Made by a program: the position numbers and the translations under genes. Of a stretch of DNA of 64,000 bases, positions 56,003 through 64,000 are shown in pieces; position 1 is the stretch's first letter; every line of letters begins with the position of its first letter. The stretch is from Octopus vulgaris. Its lineage: Eukaryota. Location: the NCBI GenBank assembly GCA_951406725.2, contig OX597842.1, positions 10,292,001 through 10,356,000 of the forward strand, given 5' to 3'. The notes under the pieces are model-generated. The model saw nothing but the letters and a program-made list of their open reading frames with translations, ran no database searches and was not told the DNA's origin.

Positions 56003-56177
56003 TCATGCCGGTGGCACGTAAAAAGCACCCACTACACTCACGGAGTGGTTGGCATTAGGAAGGGCATCCAGCCGTAGAAACATTGCCAGATCAAACTGGG
56101 CCTGGTGCAGCCTCCTGGCTTCCTAGACCCCGGTCGAACCGTCCAACCCATGCTAGCATGGAAAGCAGACGCTAAAC

Positions 56178-56248
<71 letters not shown>

Positions 56249-56665
56249 TTTTACTCTTTTACTTGTTTCAATCATTTGACTGCGGCCATGCTGGAGCACC
56301 GCCTTTAGTCGAGCAAATCGACCCCAGGACTTATTCTTTGTAAGCCCAGTACTTATTCTGTCTGTCTCTTTTGCCGAACCGCTAAGTTACGGGGATGTAA
56401 ACACACCAGCATCGGTTGTCAAGCGACGTTGGGTTGACAAACACAGACACACAAATGCATACATATATACGACAGGCTTCTTTCAGTTTCCGTCTACCAA
56501 ATCCACTCACAAGGCATTGGTTGGTCCAAGGCTTTAGCAGAAGACACTTGCCCAAGATGCCACGCAGTGGGACTGAACCCGGAACCATGTGGTTCGTAAG
56601 CAAGCTACTTACCACACAGCCACACACATATATATAGATATACACATATAAGATATACATATATA

Positions 56666-56700
<35 letters not shown>

Positions 56701-57090
56701 CATACACACACATATAGATATATGGCACTCAGGGGTGCCTCTTCCACCCTCAGACAGACACACACTTACCTCAAGACCCAGTTCTTGCCAGGGTAGAATA
56801 TTGGAGTGATGTTCATAAGGTCCAATGAGAACAACCTGTGGAAGATACAGAAAGGGGTCAATTAGCAGACATATAGGGACAACATTGTTACCAACTTAGC
56901 TTCTCCCTTAAAAAATTGCTGGCCTTGTGCCAAAATTTGAAACCATTCTTACCATTTTTTGTAATTTTGACTGCAGCCATGCTGGAGCACCGCCTTTAAT
57001 CAAGCAAATCGACCCCAAGACTTATTCTTTGTAAGCATAGTACTTATTCTATCGGTGTCTTTTGCCGAACCGCTAAGTTACGGGGACACA

Positions 57091-57130
<40 letters not shown>

Positions 57131-57309
57131 TATATATATATGTGTATACGATGGGCTTCTTTCAGTTTCCATCTACCAAATCCACTCACAAGGCTTTGGT
57201 TGGCTCGAGGCTATAGTAGAAGACACTTGCCCAAGGTGCCACGCAGTGGGACTGAACCCGGAACCATGTGGTTCGTAAGCAAGCTACTTACCACACAGCC
57301 ACAGGTATT

Positions 57310-57361
<52 letters not shown>

Positions 57362-58505
57362 GTATATACATATGTATATATACACATATGCATACATCTT
57401 CATAGATTTATACACACACATATATATGCATACCTATACATACATGCATATACATACATATATATATATATGCATACATATACATACATATATGCATACA
57501 TATATACATACATACACACAAATGCACACACACATATACACACAATCATCATCATCATCATCATTATTTTCGTTATTATTATTATTATTATTATTATTAA
57601 GGCTTGACAATTGGTGTTGGTTTGTTTACATCCCACTGCTTGACGAGTGGTGTCGGTTTGTTTACATCCCGCTGCTTGACAAGTGGTGTTGGTTTGTTTA
57701 CATCCCGCTGCTTGACAAGTGGTGTCGGTTTGTTTACCTCCCGCTGCTTGACGAGTGGTGTCCGTTTGTTTACATCCCACTGCTTGACAAGTGGTGTCGG
57801 TTTGTTTGCATCCGACTGCTTGACGAGTGGTGTCGGTTTGTTTACATCCCGCTGCTTGACGAGTGGTGTCGGTTTGTTTACATCCCGGTGCTTGACAAGT
57901 GGTGTTGGTTTGTTTACATCCCGCTGCTTGACAAGTGGTGTTGGTTTGTTTACATCCCGCTGCTTGACAAGTGGTGTCGGTTTGTTTACATCGCGCTGCT
58001 TGACAAGTGGTGTTGGTTTGTTTACATCCCGCTGCTTGACGAGTGGTGTCGGTTTGTTTACATCCCGCTGCTTGACAAGTGGTGTCGGTTTGTTTACATC
58101 CCACTGCTTGACGAGTGGTGTTGGTTTGTTTACATCACGCTGCTTGACAAATGGTGTCGGTTTGTTTACATCCCGGTGAGTGGTCCGGCATAAAAAGAGG
58201 CCGAGAGAATAAATACCAAGCCTCCAAAACTGAAGTACAGCAGTCAATTAGTTTCGACCCCAAACCCTGCAAGACGGTGCCCCAGCATGGCCGCAGTCCA
58301 AAAGCCTGGAAACAATAAAAAAAGACAGAAAAAAAAAAGCAAAGCGCAGGAGTGGCTGTGTGGTAAGTAGCTTGCTAATCAACCACATGGTTCCGGGTTC
58401 AGTCCCACTGCGTGGCACCTTGGGCAAGTGTTTTCTGCTATAGCCCCGGGCCGACCAATGCCTTGTCAGTGGATTTGGTAGACGGAAACTGAAAGAAGCC
58501 TGTCG

Positions 58506-58536
<31 letters not shown>

Positions 58537-59802
58537 TTGTGTGTGTGTGTTTGTCCCCCTAGCATTGCTTGACAACCGATGCTGGTGTGTTTACGTCCCC
58601 GTCACTTAGCGGTTCGGCAAAAGAGACCGATAGAATAAGTACTGGGCTTACAAAGAGTAAGTCCTGGGGTCGATTTGCTCGACTAAAAAAAGGCGGTGCT
58701 CCAGCATGGCCACAGTCAAATGACTGAAACAAGTAAAAGAGTAAACTTAGCGGTTTGGCAAAAGATCCGATAGAATAAGTACTGGGCTTACAAAGAATAA
58801 GTCCCGGGGTCGATTTGCTCGACTAAAAAAAGGCGGTGCTCCAGCATGGCCACAGTCAAATGACTGAAACAAGTGAAAGAGTAAAAAGAGTAAAGCATAG
58901 AACAACGTAAATATCTACTTACCGTCTTCTCCTTCTGTTCCTCCTGTATGTCCAGACCCCCAATCAGCTTGTGAATGGCCCCAGTGCAGCCAGCACCACA
59001 GAAGATGACCACATCATCGTCCGTGGCATTCACACAGTTCTTGATAATTTGTCTGGAGTGGCAAGGAAAAAAAAAGATAGATATATATATATAATAGATG
59101 GATATATGTGTGTGTGTGTATACGAGCAAAATGCCCCCGTCCAATTGACGGTGTTGAGTTGTCAAACATTTAAACCAAATTTTCTCAAGACAACTTGTCC
59201 GACCGCTCCATAGGCCTTCCCTTTGAGAAACACTGATTCAACCTAAATTTGAGACACCAGCAAAAGAAGAAATAAGAATGCTTTATCGATCGCATTCTCA
59301 CCTAGAATCGATTTTTGTAATTTTTTCAAGACTTATACATTGCCCTGATACCTATTTCTTTACTACCCACAAGGGGCTAAACATAGAGGGGACAAACAAG
59401 GACAGATATAGGTATTAAGTCGATTACATCGACCCCAGTGCATAACTGGTACTTAATTTATCGATCCCAAAAGGATGAAAGGCAAAGTCGACCTCGGCGG
59501 AATTTGAACTCAGAACACGCCCTTATACCGTTGGTATCTACATATCAAATTTGATTGCAATTGGATGGAGGATGCCCGAGATCCTAGAAGACACACACAC
59601 AGACAGACAGAACAGATTTTATATAATAGATATATATACAGGCGCAGGAGTGGCTGTGTGGTAAATAGCTTGCTAATCAACCACATGGTTCTGGGTTCAG
59701 TCACACTGTGTGGCATCTTGGGCAAGTGTCTTCTGCTATAGCCTCGGGCTGACCAATGCCTTGTGAGTGGATTTGGTAGACGGAAACTGAAAGAAGCCTG
59801 TC

Positions 59803-59886
<84 letters not shown>

Positions 59887-61861
59887 ATGTGTTTGTGTGT
59901 CTGTGTTTGTCCCCCTAGCATTGCCTCACAACCGATGCTGGTGTGTTTACGTCCCCGTCACTTAGTGGTTCGGCAAAAGAGACCGATAGAATAAGTACTG
60001 GGCTTACAAAGAATAAGTCCCGGGCTTGATTTGCCCGACTAAAGGTGGTGCCCCAGCATGGCCGCAGTCAAATGACTGAAACAAGTAAAAGAGTATATAT
60101 ATATATATGTATATATATATATACGTAACATATGGTATATTTATAGATGGAAAATTTTAGCCAGTTCTCTGCAGACCGAAAAAACGATGAACAACCTTAA
60201 TCAATTTTCTTGATAATTTGTCTGCTGTGGCAGAGACAAGAAAGATAGATATATATATAACCCAGAAACTCGGGTCCGTGTGTATCATGACTTCCCTTTG
60301 CAAATACTGATAGGGCACAGAAAGTCTGTCAATGCCTCGATCAGGACTGACCTGGGGCTAAACAACAACAACGGTTATAGCCACTAATACTAACTACTAT
60401 ACTATACATTAGATAATGTAGTCCTAGATACACTATGCCTGAATAAAAGATGGGATGGTCACAGGTGAACCATCTTTGATCATGGGTCTGTGTGGATCAG
60501 GACTGACCTGGGGCTAAACAACAACAACAGCTATAGCCTCTAATACTAACTACTATGCTATACATTAGATAATGTAGTCCTAGATACACTATGCCTGAAT
60601 AAAAGACAGGATGGTCACAGCTGGAGCGTCTTTGATCATAGGTCTGTCTCGATCAGGACTGACCTGGGGCTAAACAACAACAACAGCTATAGCCACTAAT
60701 ACTAACTACTATACTATACATTAGATAATGTAGTCCTAGATACACTATGCCTGAATAAAAGATGGGATGGTCACAGCTGGAGCATCTTTGATCATAGGTC
60801 TGTCTCGATCAGGACTGACCTTGGGTTAAACACCAACAACAATTATAGACACTAATACTATACATTAGATAATGTAGTCCTAGATACACTATGCCTGAAT
60901 AAAAGATGGGATGGCCACAGCTGGAATGTCTTTGATCATGGGTCTGTCTTGATCAGGACTGACCTTGGGGCTAAACAACAATAACTATAGCCACTAATAC
61001 TAACTACTATACATTAGATAATGTAGTCCTAGATACACTATGCCTGAATAAAAGATGGGATGGCCACAGCTGGAATGTCTTTGATCATGGGTCTGTCTAG
61101 ACCAGGACTGACCTTGGGCTAAACACCAACAACAATTATAGACACTAATACTATACATTAGATAATGTAGTCCTAGATACACTATGCCTGAATAAAAGAT
61201 GGGATGGCCACAGCTGGAATGTCTTTGATCATGGGTCTGTCTTGATCAGGACTGACCTTGGGCTAAACACCAACAACAATTATAGACACTAATACTATAC
61301 ATTAGATAATGTAGTCCTAGATACACTATGCCTGAATAAAAGATGGGATGGCCACAGCTGGAATGTCTTTGATCATGGGTCTGTCTGGATCAGGACTGAC
61401 CTGGGGCTAAACAACAACAACAACTATAGCCAATAATACTAACTACTATGCTATACATTAGATAATGTAGTCCTAGATACACTATGCCTGAATAAAAGAT
61501 GAGATGGTCACAGATGGAACGTCTTTGATCATATGTCTGACCTGGGGCTAAACAAACAACTATAGCCTCTAATACTAACTACTATACTGTACATTAGATA
61601 ATGTACTCCTAGATACACTATGCCTGAATAAAAGATGTGATGGTCGCAGGTGGAACATCTTTGATCATAGGTCTGTGTGGAACCGAACTGACCTGGGGCT
61701 ACACAAGAGAAACAGTAAAAATGATAAAGTAGGTGTTATCTTACCTGGCCTCATCCCTGAACTTGGTTGTCTGTCTGGAGACTATACTCGTGGTTGTATG
61801 TGTGTTGCCGTAGAATGGTCGGACATATTCATTTATGTAATCTTCAATGAACTTCATCGAC
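25098..61861 (-). CDS. Multi-exon gene: PLP-dependent aminotransferase class V, SufS/cysteine-desulfurase-like (5'-incomplete; 17 exons, ~842 aa visible)
   Basis: Exons join with GT-AG and consistent phase: 61745-61861, 58923-59052, 56770-56835, 55184-55249, 53220-53361, 52032-52071, 50366-50424, 49365-49438, 48085-48195, 46480-46526, 44589-44790, 36007-36071, 33958-33990, 31471-31582, 30101-30259, 28643-28696, 25098-26150 (2530 nt). Motifs YGNTH, EHHSN, SNVTG, WDFA, SPHK (PLP Lys), [19 protein letters not shown] (catalytic Cys), KPGFTR. Confidence 0.93.
26881..27107 (-). mobile_element. MITE with TTAA-type ends (piggyBac-like)
   Basis: TTAA-CCATTTAGCG ... GCTAAAGGG-ATAA imperfect terminal inverted repeats, ~225 bp, homologous to the arrays at 11133-12890. 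Confidence 0.7.
27402..28162. mobile_element. MITE with short TIRs and an internal TGTCAA-rich minisatellite
   Basis: TTAA|CACACTCACTGGT ... ACCAATGAGTGTG|TTAG; interior dominated by ~22-bp GTTGTCAACCTTGTCAATGGAT units. Confidence 0.65.
28643..28696 (-). CDS. Desulfurase-like gene, visible exon 16
   Basis: ttag|[18 protein letters not shown]|gtaag, phase 0-0. Confidence 0.82.
28888..30050. mobile_element. Family-A SINE cluster: minus copies 28888-29420, three tandem plus copies 29445-30050
   Basis: Same A/B-box and body motifs as 7614-7846, in both orientations. Confidence 0.88.
30101..30259 (-). CDS. Desulfurase-like gene, visible exon 15
   Basis: tttcag|[53 protein letters not shown]|gtaag, 159 nt. 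Confidence 0.88.
30335..31240 (+). repeat. Tandem 100-bp and 40-bp repeats derived from the family-E SINE body
   Basis: AAAAAGCACCCAGTACACTCTG.GGAGTGGTTGGCATTAGGAAGGGCA repeated; the ORF track shows a 100-bp period (30575/30675/30775). Confidence 0.9.
31471..31582 (-). CDS. Desulfurase-like gene, visible exon 14
   Basis: (K)[37 protein letters not shown]|gtaag. Confidence 0.93.
32048..32868. mobile_element. Two family-B tRNA-derived SINEs head-to-head (minus 32048-32400, plus 32469-32868)
   Basis: GGCGCAGGAGTGGCTGTGTGGTAAG...GGTTCAGTCCC...ACCTTGGGCAAGTGTCTT (CORE-like)...GACTGAAACAAGTAA. Confidence 0.88.
32907..33373. mobile_element. Non-autonomous DNA transposon (MITE) with ~40-bp TIRs, Tc1/mariner-like
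   Basis: TA|CGGTGTACCGACAGCGAGGGAATCCAACTTGGAAGCCAACCC ... GGGTTGGCTTCCAAGTTGCATTCCCTCGCTGTCGGTACACT; the right end abuts a SINE tail. Confidence 0.8.
33375..33768 (-). mobile_element. Family-B SINE
   Basis: Reverse complement of 32469-32868. Confidence 0.88.
33958..33990 (-). CDS. Desulfurase-like gene, visible exon 13 (33-nt microexon)
   Basis: ttttccag|T TGT TCA ACA TGG ACC CCT TTG GAA GTC ATG AA|gtgagt, phase 2-2; gives [14 protein letters not shown]. Confidence 0.88.
34153..34535 (-). mobile_element. Family-D tRNA-derived SINE
   Basis: Minus strand GAGGCGCAATGGCCCAGTGGTTAGGGCAGCGGACTCGCGG...GGTTTCGATGCC; homologous to 62670-62972. Confidence 0.82.
35070..35455 (+). mobile_element. Family-B SINE
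   Basis: Same body and tail as the other family-B copies. Confidence 0.85.
36007..36071 (-). CDS. Desulfurase-like gene, visible exon 12
   Basis: caacag|[21 protein letters not shown]|gtaag; continues PYAQ-xLLGI, phase 0-2. Confidence 0.9.
36731..37375 (+). mobile_element. Dong/R4-clade non-LTR retrotransposon 3' fragment (restriction-like endonuclease), degenerate, within (TAA)n
   Basis: [64 protein letters not shown]...[16 protein letters not shown], the PD..D..P / K..KY..L / VPVIVG.LG signature, with a frameshift and a stop. 3' UTR ends in (TAA)n and a second tail copy follows. Confidence 0.85.
37524..38490 (+). mobile_element. Head-to-tail array (~2.5 copies, ~385 bp) of a Helitron/Helentron-type element
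   Basis: Junctions ACAACTTCAGCTT.ATATATAT|ACTA(G/A)CAGTAT at ~37712 and ~38097. Confidence 0.75.
38852..39300. repeat. (TAA)n/(GAT)n microsatellite with an embedded Dong-like 3' tail (~39190-39270)
   Basis: CCTAGG...GGAAGACACTCGGCAAGAAATGGAAG resembles the tails at 37150 and 37310. Confidence 0.8.
43795..44135 (-). mobile_element. Helitron/Helentron-type element, inverted relative to 37524-38490
   Basis: Reverse complement of the same family (CCCGAGCAACGCCAGGCGATACTGCTA end). Confidence 0.75.
44196..44459. repeat. Long near-perfect palindrome (~125-bp arms)
   Basis: TAGAAGAAATGAGGTACTCAGAAATTCGG ... CCGAATTTCTGAGTACCTCATTTCTTCTA, axis at ~44323. Confidence 0.95.
44589..44790 (-). CDS. Desulfurase-like gene, visible exon 11 (catalytic Cys loop)
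   Basis: [67 protein letters not shown]|gtagg. Confidence 0.95.
45177..46377. repeat. ~185-bp inverted repeats enclosing a 24-bp minisatellite (~31 copies)
   Basis: Arms 45177-45359 and ~46192-46377; unit CCAATAGC(T/C)AAGGTTTTTTGGTCA at 45469-46208. Confidence 0.95.
46480..46526 (-). CDS. Desulfurase-like gene, visible exon 10
   Basis: cacag|[15 protein letters not shown](A)|gtaagt, phase 0-2. Confidence 0.9.
46662..47000 (+). mobile_element. Family-C tRNA-derived SINE (CORE/V-like body)
   Basis: A-box TGGCTCAGTGG, B-box GCTCGAATCCC, then TGTGTTCTTGAGCAAGGCACTT; partial inverted copy at ~50983-51105. Confidence 0.8.
47545..48060. repeat. (GAT/GGT)n trinucleotide tract
   Basis: Directly visible; intronic. 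Confidence 0.95.
48085..48195 (-). CDS. Desulfurase-like gene, visible exon 9
   Basis: [37 protein letters not shown], 111 nt, phase 0-0. Confidence 0.95.
48351..48712. repeat. Long inverted repeat (~175-bp arms, 11-nt spacer)
   Basis: ...CCTTGCTGGTCAGACATCTG aaacatgtctg CAGATGTCTGACCAGCAAGG... Confidence 0.95.
48922..48985 (+). ncRNA. Type I hammerhead ribozyme motif (Penelope/retrozyme type), one mismatch at the base of stem II
   Basis: Stem I GTTCTA/TAGAAC; core CTGATGA; stem II aCAA..GACGTAT-tta-ATACGTT..TTGc; GAAA; stem III TCAC-ag-GTGA; cleavage triplet ATA (AUA). Confidence 0.75.
49365..49438 (-). CDS. Desulfurase-like gene, visible exon 8
   Basis: (G)[24 protein letters not shown]|gtatg. 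Confidence 0.93.
50366..50424 (-). CDS. Desulfurase-like gene, visible exon 7 (PLP-binding lysine)
   Basis: [19 protein letters not shown](G)|gtaag. Confidence 0.95.
51205..51985. repeat. 24-bp minisatellite (~32 copies)
   Basis: TTTATGATCCTGGAATCAAA(CAGA/TGGA) units. Confidence 0.95.
52032..52071 (-). CDS. Desulfurase-like gene, visible exon 6
   Basis: (G)[12 protein letters not shown](A)|gtaagt, 40 nt, phase 1-2. Confidence 0.92.
52445..53200. repeat. (CAC)n-rich tract with ~57-63-bp tandem units
   Basis: CCCACTATCACCATGACAACACCCAAACATCCCACTATCACCACC repeated about 5 times. Confidence 0.85.
53220..53361 (-). CDS. Desulfurase-like gene, visible exon 5
   Basis: [47 protein letters not shown](G). 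Confidence 0.95.
53385..54850. repeat. GTGA-rich complex tandem repeat (~140- and ~240-bp units)
   Basis: GAATGCGAGGGAGAGATTTTGCAATAAGGATTGTGGGTTTGAG recurs about 5 times. Confidence 0.85.
55184..55249 (-). CDS. Desulfurase-like gene, visible exon 4
   Basis: tgtcag|[22 protein letters not shown]|gtaag. Confidence 0.92.
55333..56625. mobile_element. SINE cluster: family B plus (55333-55735), two family-E tails (55771-56210), family B minus (56245-56625)
   Basis: Motifs as for the other copies. Confidence 0.88.
56770..56835 (-). CDS. Desulfurase-like gene, visible exon 3
   Basis: [22 protein letters not shown]|gtaag (EHHSN motif). Confidence 0.96.
57603..58175 (+). repeat. 36-bp minisatellite (~16 copies) inside a diverged family-B SINE
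   Basis: GCTTGAC(A/G)AGTGGTGT(C/T)GGTTTGTTTACATCCCGCT, homologous to the SINE segment GCTTGACAACCGATGCTGGTGTGTTTACGTCCCCG; the SINE 3' part resumes after the array. Confidence 0.9.
58343..58895 (+). mobile_element. Family-B SINE with duplicated 3' end
   Basis: The ~140-bp tail is repeated at 58745-58895. Confidence 0.88.
58923..59052 (-). CDS. Desulfurase-like gene, visible exon 2
   Basis: (R)[43 protein letters not shown]|gtaag. Confidence 0.95.
59640..60095 (+). mobile_element. Family-B SINE
   Basis: Full-length copy with internal (TA)n. Confidence 0.88.
60341..61700. repeat. ~145-157-bp tandem repeat, ~9 copies
   Basis: CATTAGATAATGTAGTCCTAGATACACTATGCCTGAATAAAAGA and GGACTGACCT.GGGCTAAACA recur. 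Confidence 0.93.
61745..61861 (-). CDS. Desulfurase-like gene, first visible exon
   Basis: tgtag|(R)[38 protein letters not shown](R)|gtaag. The upstream exon with the expected D.TASG motif was not found in the window. Confidence 0.93.
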
Positions 61862-61897
61862 CTACAATGTTTTGTAATCAAATCAGATATCAGAAAG

Positions 61898-62663
61898 CAG
61901 AACCAAAATCGAAGTCGATCAACATCAATGGAAATTGCAGCTGTGATACCAGTGCCGGTGACAAGTAAGCGAACCATCCGATCGTGACCGTTGCCAGCGC
62001 CGCCCCGACTGGCCTCCATGCCGGTGGCACGTAAAAAGCACCATCCGACCGTGGCTGTTTGCCAGCCTCGCCTGGCCCCCGTGCCGGTGGCACGTAAAAA
62101 GCACCATCAGTCCATGGTTGTTGCCAGCCTTGCCTGGCCCCCATGCGGGTGGCACTAAAAAGCACCATCTGATCGTGGCTGTTTGCCAGCCATGTCTGGC
62201 CCCCGTGCCGGTGGAACGTAAAAAGCACCATCTGATCGTGACTGTTGCCAGCCTCGCCTGGCCCCCGTGCTGGTGGCACTTAAAAAGCACCATCCGACTG
62301 TGGCCATTGCCAGCCTTGCCTGGCCCCCGTGCCGGTGGCACATAAAAAGCACCATCCGATCGTGGCCGTTTGCCAGTGCCGCCCTGACTGGCCCCCGTGC
62401 CGGAGGCACGTAAAAAGCACCATCCGATCGTGGCCATTGCCAGCCTCGCCTCGCCCCCGTGCCGGTGGCACGTAAAAAGCACCCACTACACTCACGGAGT
62501 GGTTGGCGTTAGGAAGGACATCCAGCCGTAGAAACACTGCCAGATCAGACTGGGCCTGGTGCAGCCTCCTGGCTTCACAGACCCCAGTTGGACCGTCCAA
62601 CCCATGCCAGCATGGAAAGCAGACGCTAAACAATGATGATGATGATAATGATGATGATGATGA
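61898..62663 (+). mobile_element. Family-E element with ~8 internal ~60-bp tandem units and (GAT)n tail
   Basis: GCCGGTGGCACGTAAAAAGCACCATCCGA.CGTGGC repeated before the common tail. Confidence 0.85.
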
Positions 62664-62669
62664 TATATG

Positions 62670-62972
62670 TGGAGGTGCAATGGCCTAGTGGTTAGGGCAG
62701 TGGACTCATGGTCGGAGGATCGCGGTTTCAATTCCTAGACCGGGCGTTGTGAGTGTTTATTGAGCGAAAACACCTAAAGCCCCATGAGGCTCCAGCAGGG
62801 GGTGGTGGCGATCCCTGCTGTACTCTTTTGCCACAACTTTCTCTCACTCTTTCTTCTGTTGGCCTGCTCGCTTAGCCAGCGGGGGTGGCGTCATTTGAAG
62901 GCTAAAAACAATGCGAAGCGCATTGTGACCAGCGATGTGTAGCAACATCTGACAGCCTGGTCGGCCACGGTA
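62670..62972 (+). mobile_element. Family-D tRNA-derived SINE
   Basis: GGAGGTGCAATGGCCTAGTGGTTAGGGCAG...GGTTTCAATTCC. Confidence 0.82.
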
Positions 62973-63308
62973 ATATACATACATATGCATGTATGATACA
63001 TAACTTAGAAGCAGCGCTACGGATGTACCAGCACCCACGAGGTTGAGACATGGCCGACCTCACACACTTCTTATGAGGAATTCTGGAAGGAGCTTCGTGA
63101 GACCACTGCTGAAATGCTTCCGAAAAAAATATAAAAATGAAAAGCCGTTGGAAAACCGATTATAGCAGCGACTCCGTCTAAGAATATCTGAAGAAGGAAT
63201 ATTATTCTGAGATATTATCAAGACTATGGATGACTAAATTACAACAGGTATACTCAGCCCATTGTCTGTATTATAGTGCATTGTTGTACCATTCAAAACT
63301 TCTTATTC

Positions 63309-63365
<57 letters not shown>

Positions 63366-64000
63366 GTAAAAAGTAAAAAAATATATACAAACTGGGACAA
63401 GAACGTGAAACACCTAGAGGACGACACAAGAACCACAGGACGGGACATTCGAAGCCCTCAGTCAGCAGTCAAGAACCGGATCATCTTCGCAATTTCGGCT
63501 GATTAATCTTGAGATTGCTCCGACCTGGGCAGCCACCAAGGGAAATCTAAGCCAAGCGCATTAGATCCCTTGGAAGGAAGCTTCGAATGTATACAACACG
63601 AGGACGGAAAACGGACGATGTACACGAATAAAAATACAAAAATACGTGAAAACAATAAGGAAAGCACGAATAAGAATACAAAAACGTAAAAACAATAATG
63701 GTAAGGATAAAAAACAAAACAAAACCAGGACGTAGGACAAGGGTCTTTCGACAGGACGAGTTGAGTTTGGGGCTGGCTTGTAGAGGAGTGCCTTATGGCC
63801 ACGGGAAACAACAAATACATGTTGCTACAACGACTGCTGGATGCGAAATATATATATATATATATAATCATCATCATTATTTAACGTCTGCATTCCATGC
63901 TAGCATGGGTTGGACGATTTTGACTGAGGTCTGGCGAACCAGATGGCTGCACCAGGCTCCAATCTTAATCTGGCAGAGTTTCTACAGCTGGATGCCCTTT

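Noticed and set aside
63183-63225. Degenerate hammerhead (CTGAAGA-aggaat..attct-GAGA), and a similar weak one on the minus strand at ~63478-63570
   Set aside because: The core is mutated and the stems cannot be closed convincingly; at most decayed PLE remnants.
61862-64000. Upstream exon or start of the desulfurase-like gene
   Set aside because: No segment encoding the expected Y.D.TASG motif with splice sites was found; it is presumably beyond the window.

Overview
Repeat-saturated animal genomic DNA, very probably an octopus (inferred from the tRNA-derived SINE families and extreme (TA)n/(CA)n/(TCTA)n/(TAA)n density). Main content: (1) a minus-strand gene for a PLP-dependent class-V aminotransferase of the SufS/cysteine-desulfurase-like type, rebuilt by hand from 17 GT-AG exons with consistent phases (61861->25098, ~842 aa visible, 5' end not found in the window), ending in a long Gly/His/Cys/Asn-rich tail; (2) the last coding exon of a convergent plus-strand gene ending in a transmembrane anchor (7893-8036); (3) a CR1/L2-group LINE with an uninterrupted ~998-aa EN+RT ORF2 inserted in a (TA)n tract; (4) an 8.6-kb higher-order satellite; (5) fragments of Tc1/mariner, Penelope-like, Dong/R4 and Helentron-type elements, MITEs, several SINE families and many tandem repeats derived from them. 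The most notable non-coding signals are a nearly intact Penelope-type hammerhead ribozyme (48922-48985), decayed or half hammerheads, long fold-back palindromes next to exons, retroelement stacks sorted by microsatellite type, a duplicated decoy splice acceptor and RFX X-box palindromes inside coding sequence. I found no convincing novel multi-gene system. Most ORFs in the supplied track are microsatellite artefacts. Repeat boundaries are approximate.
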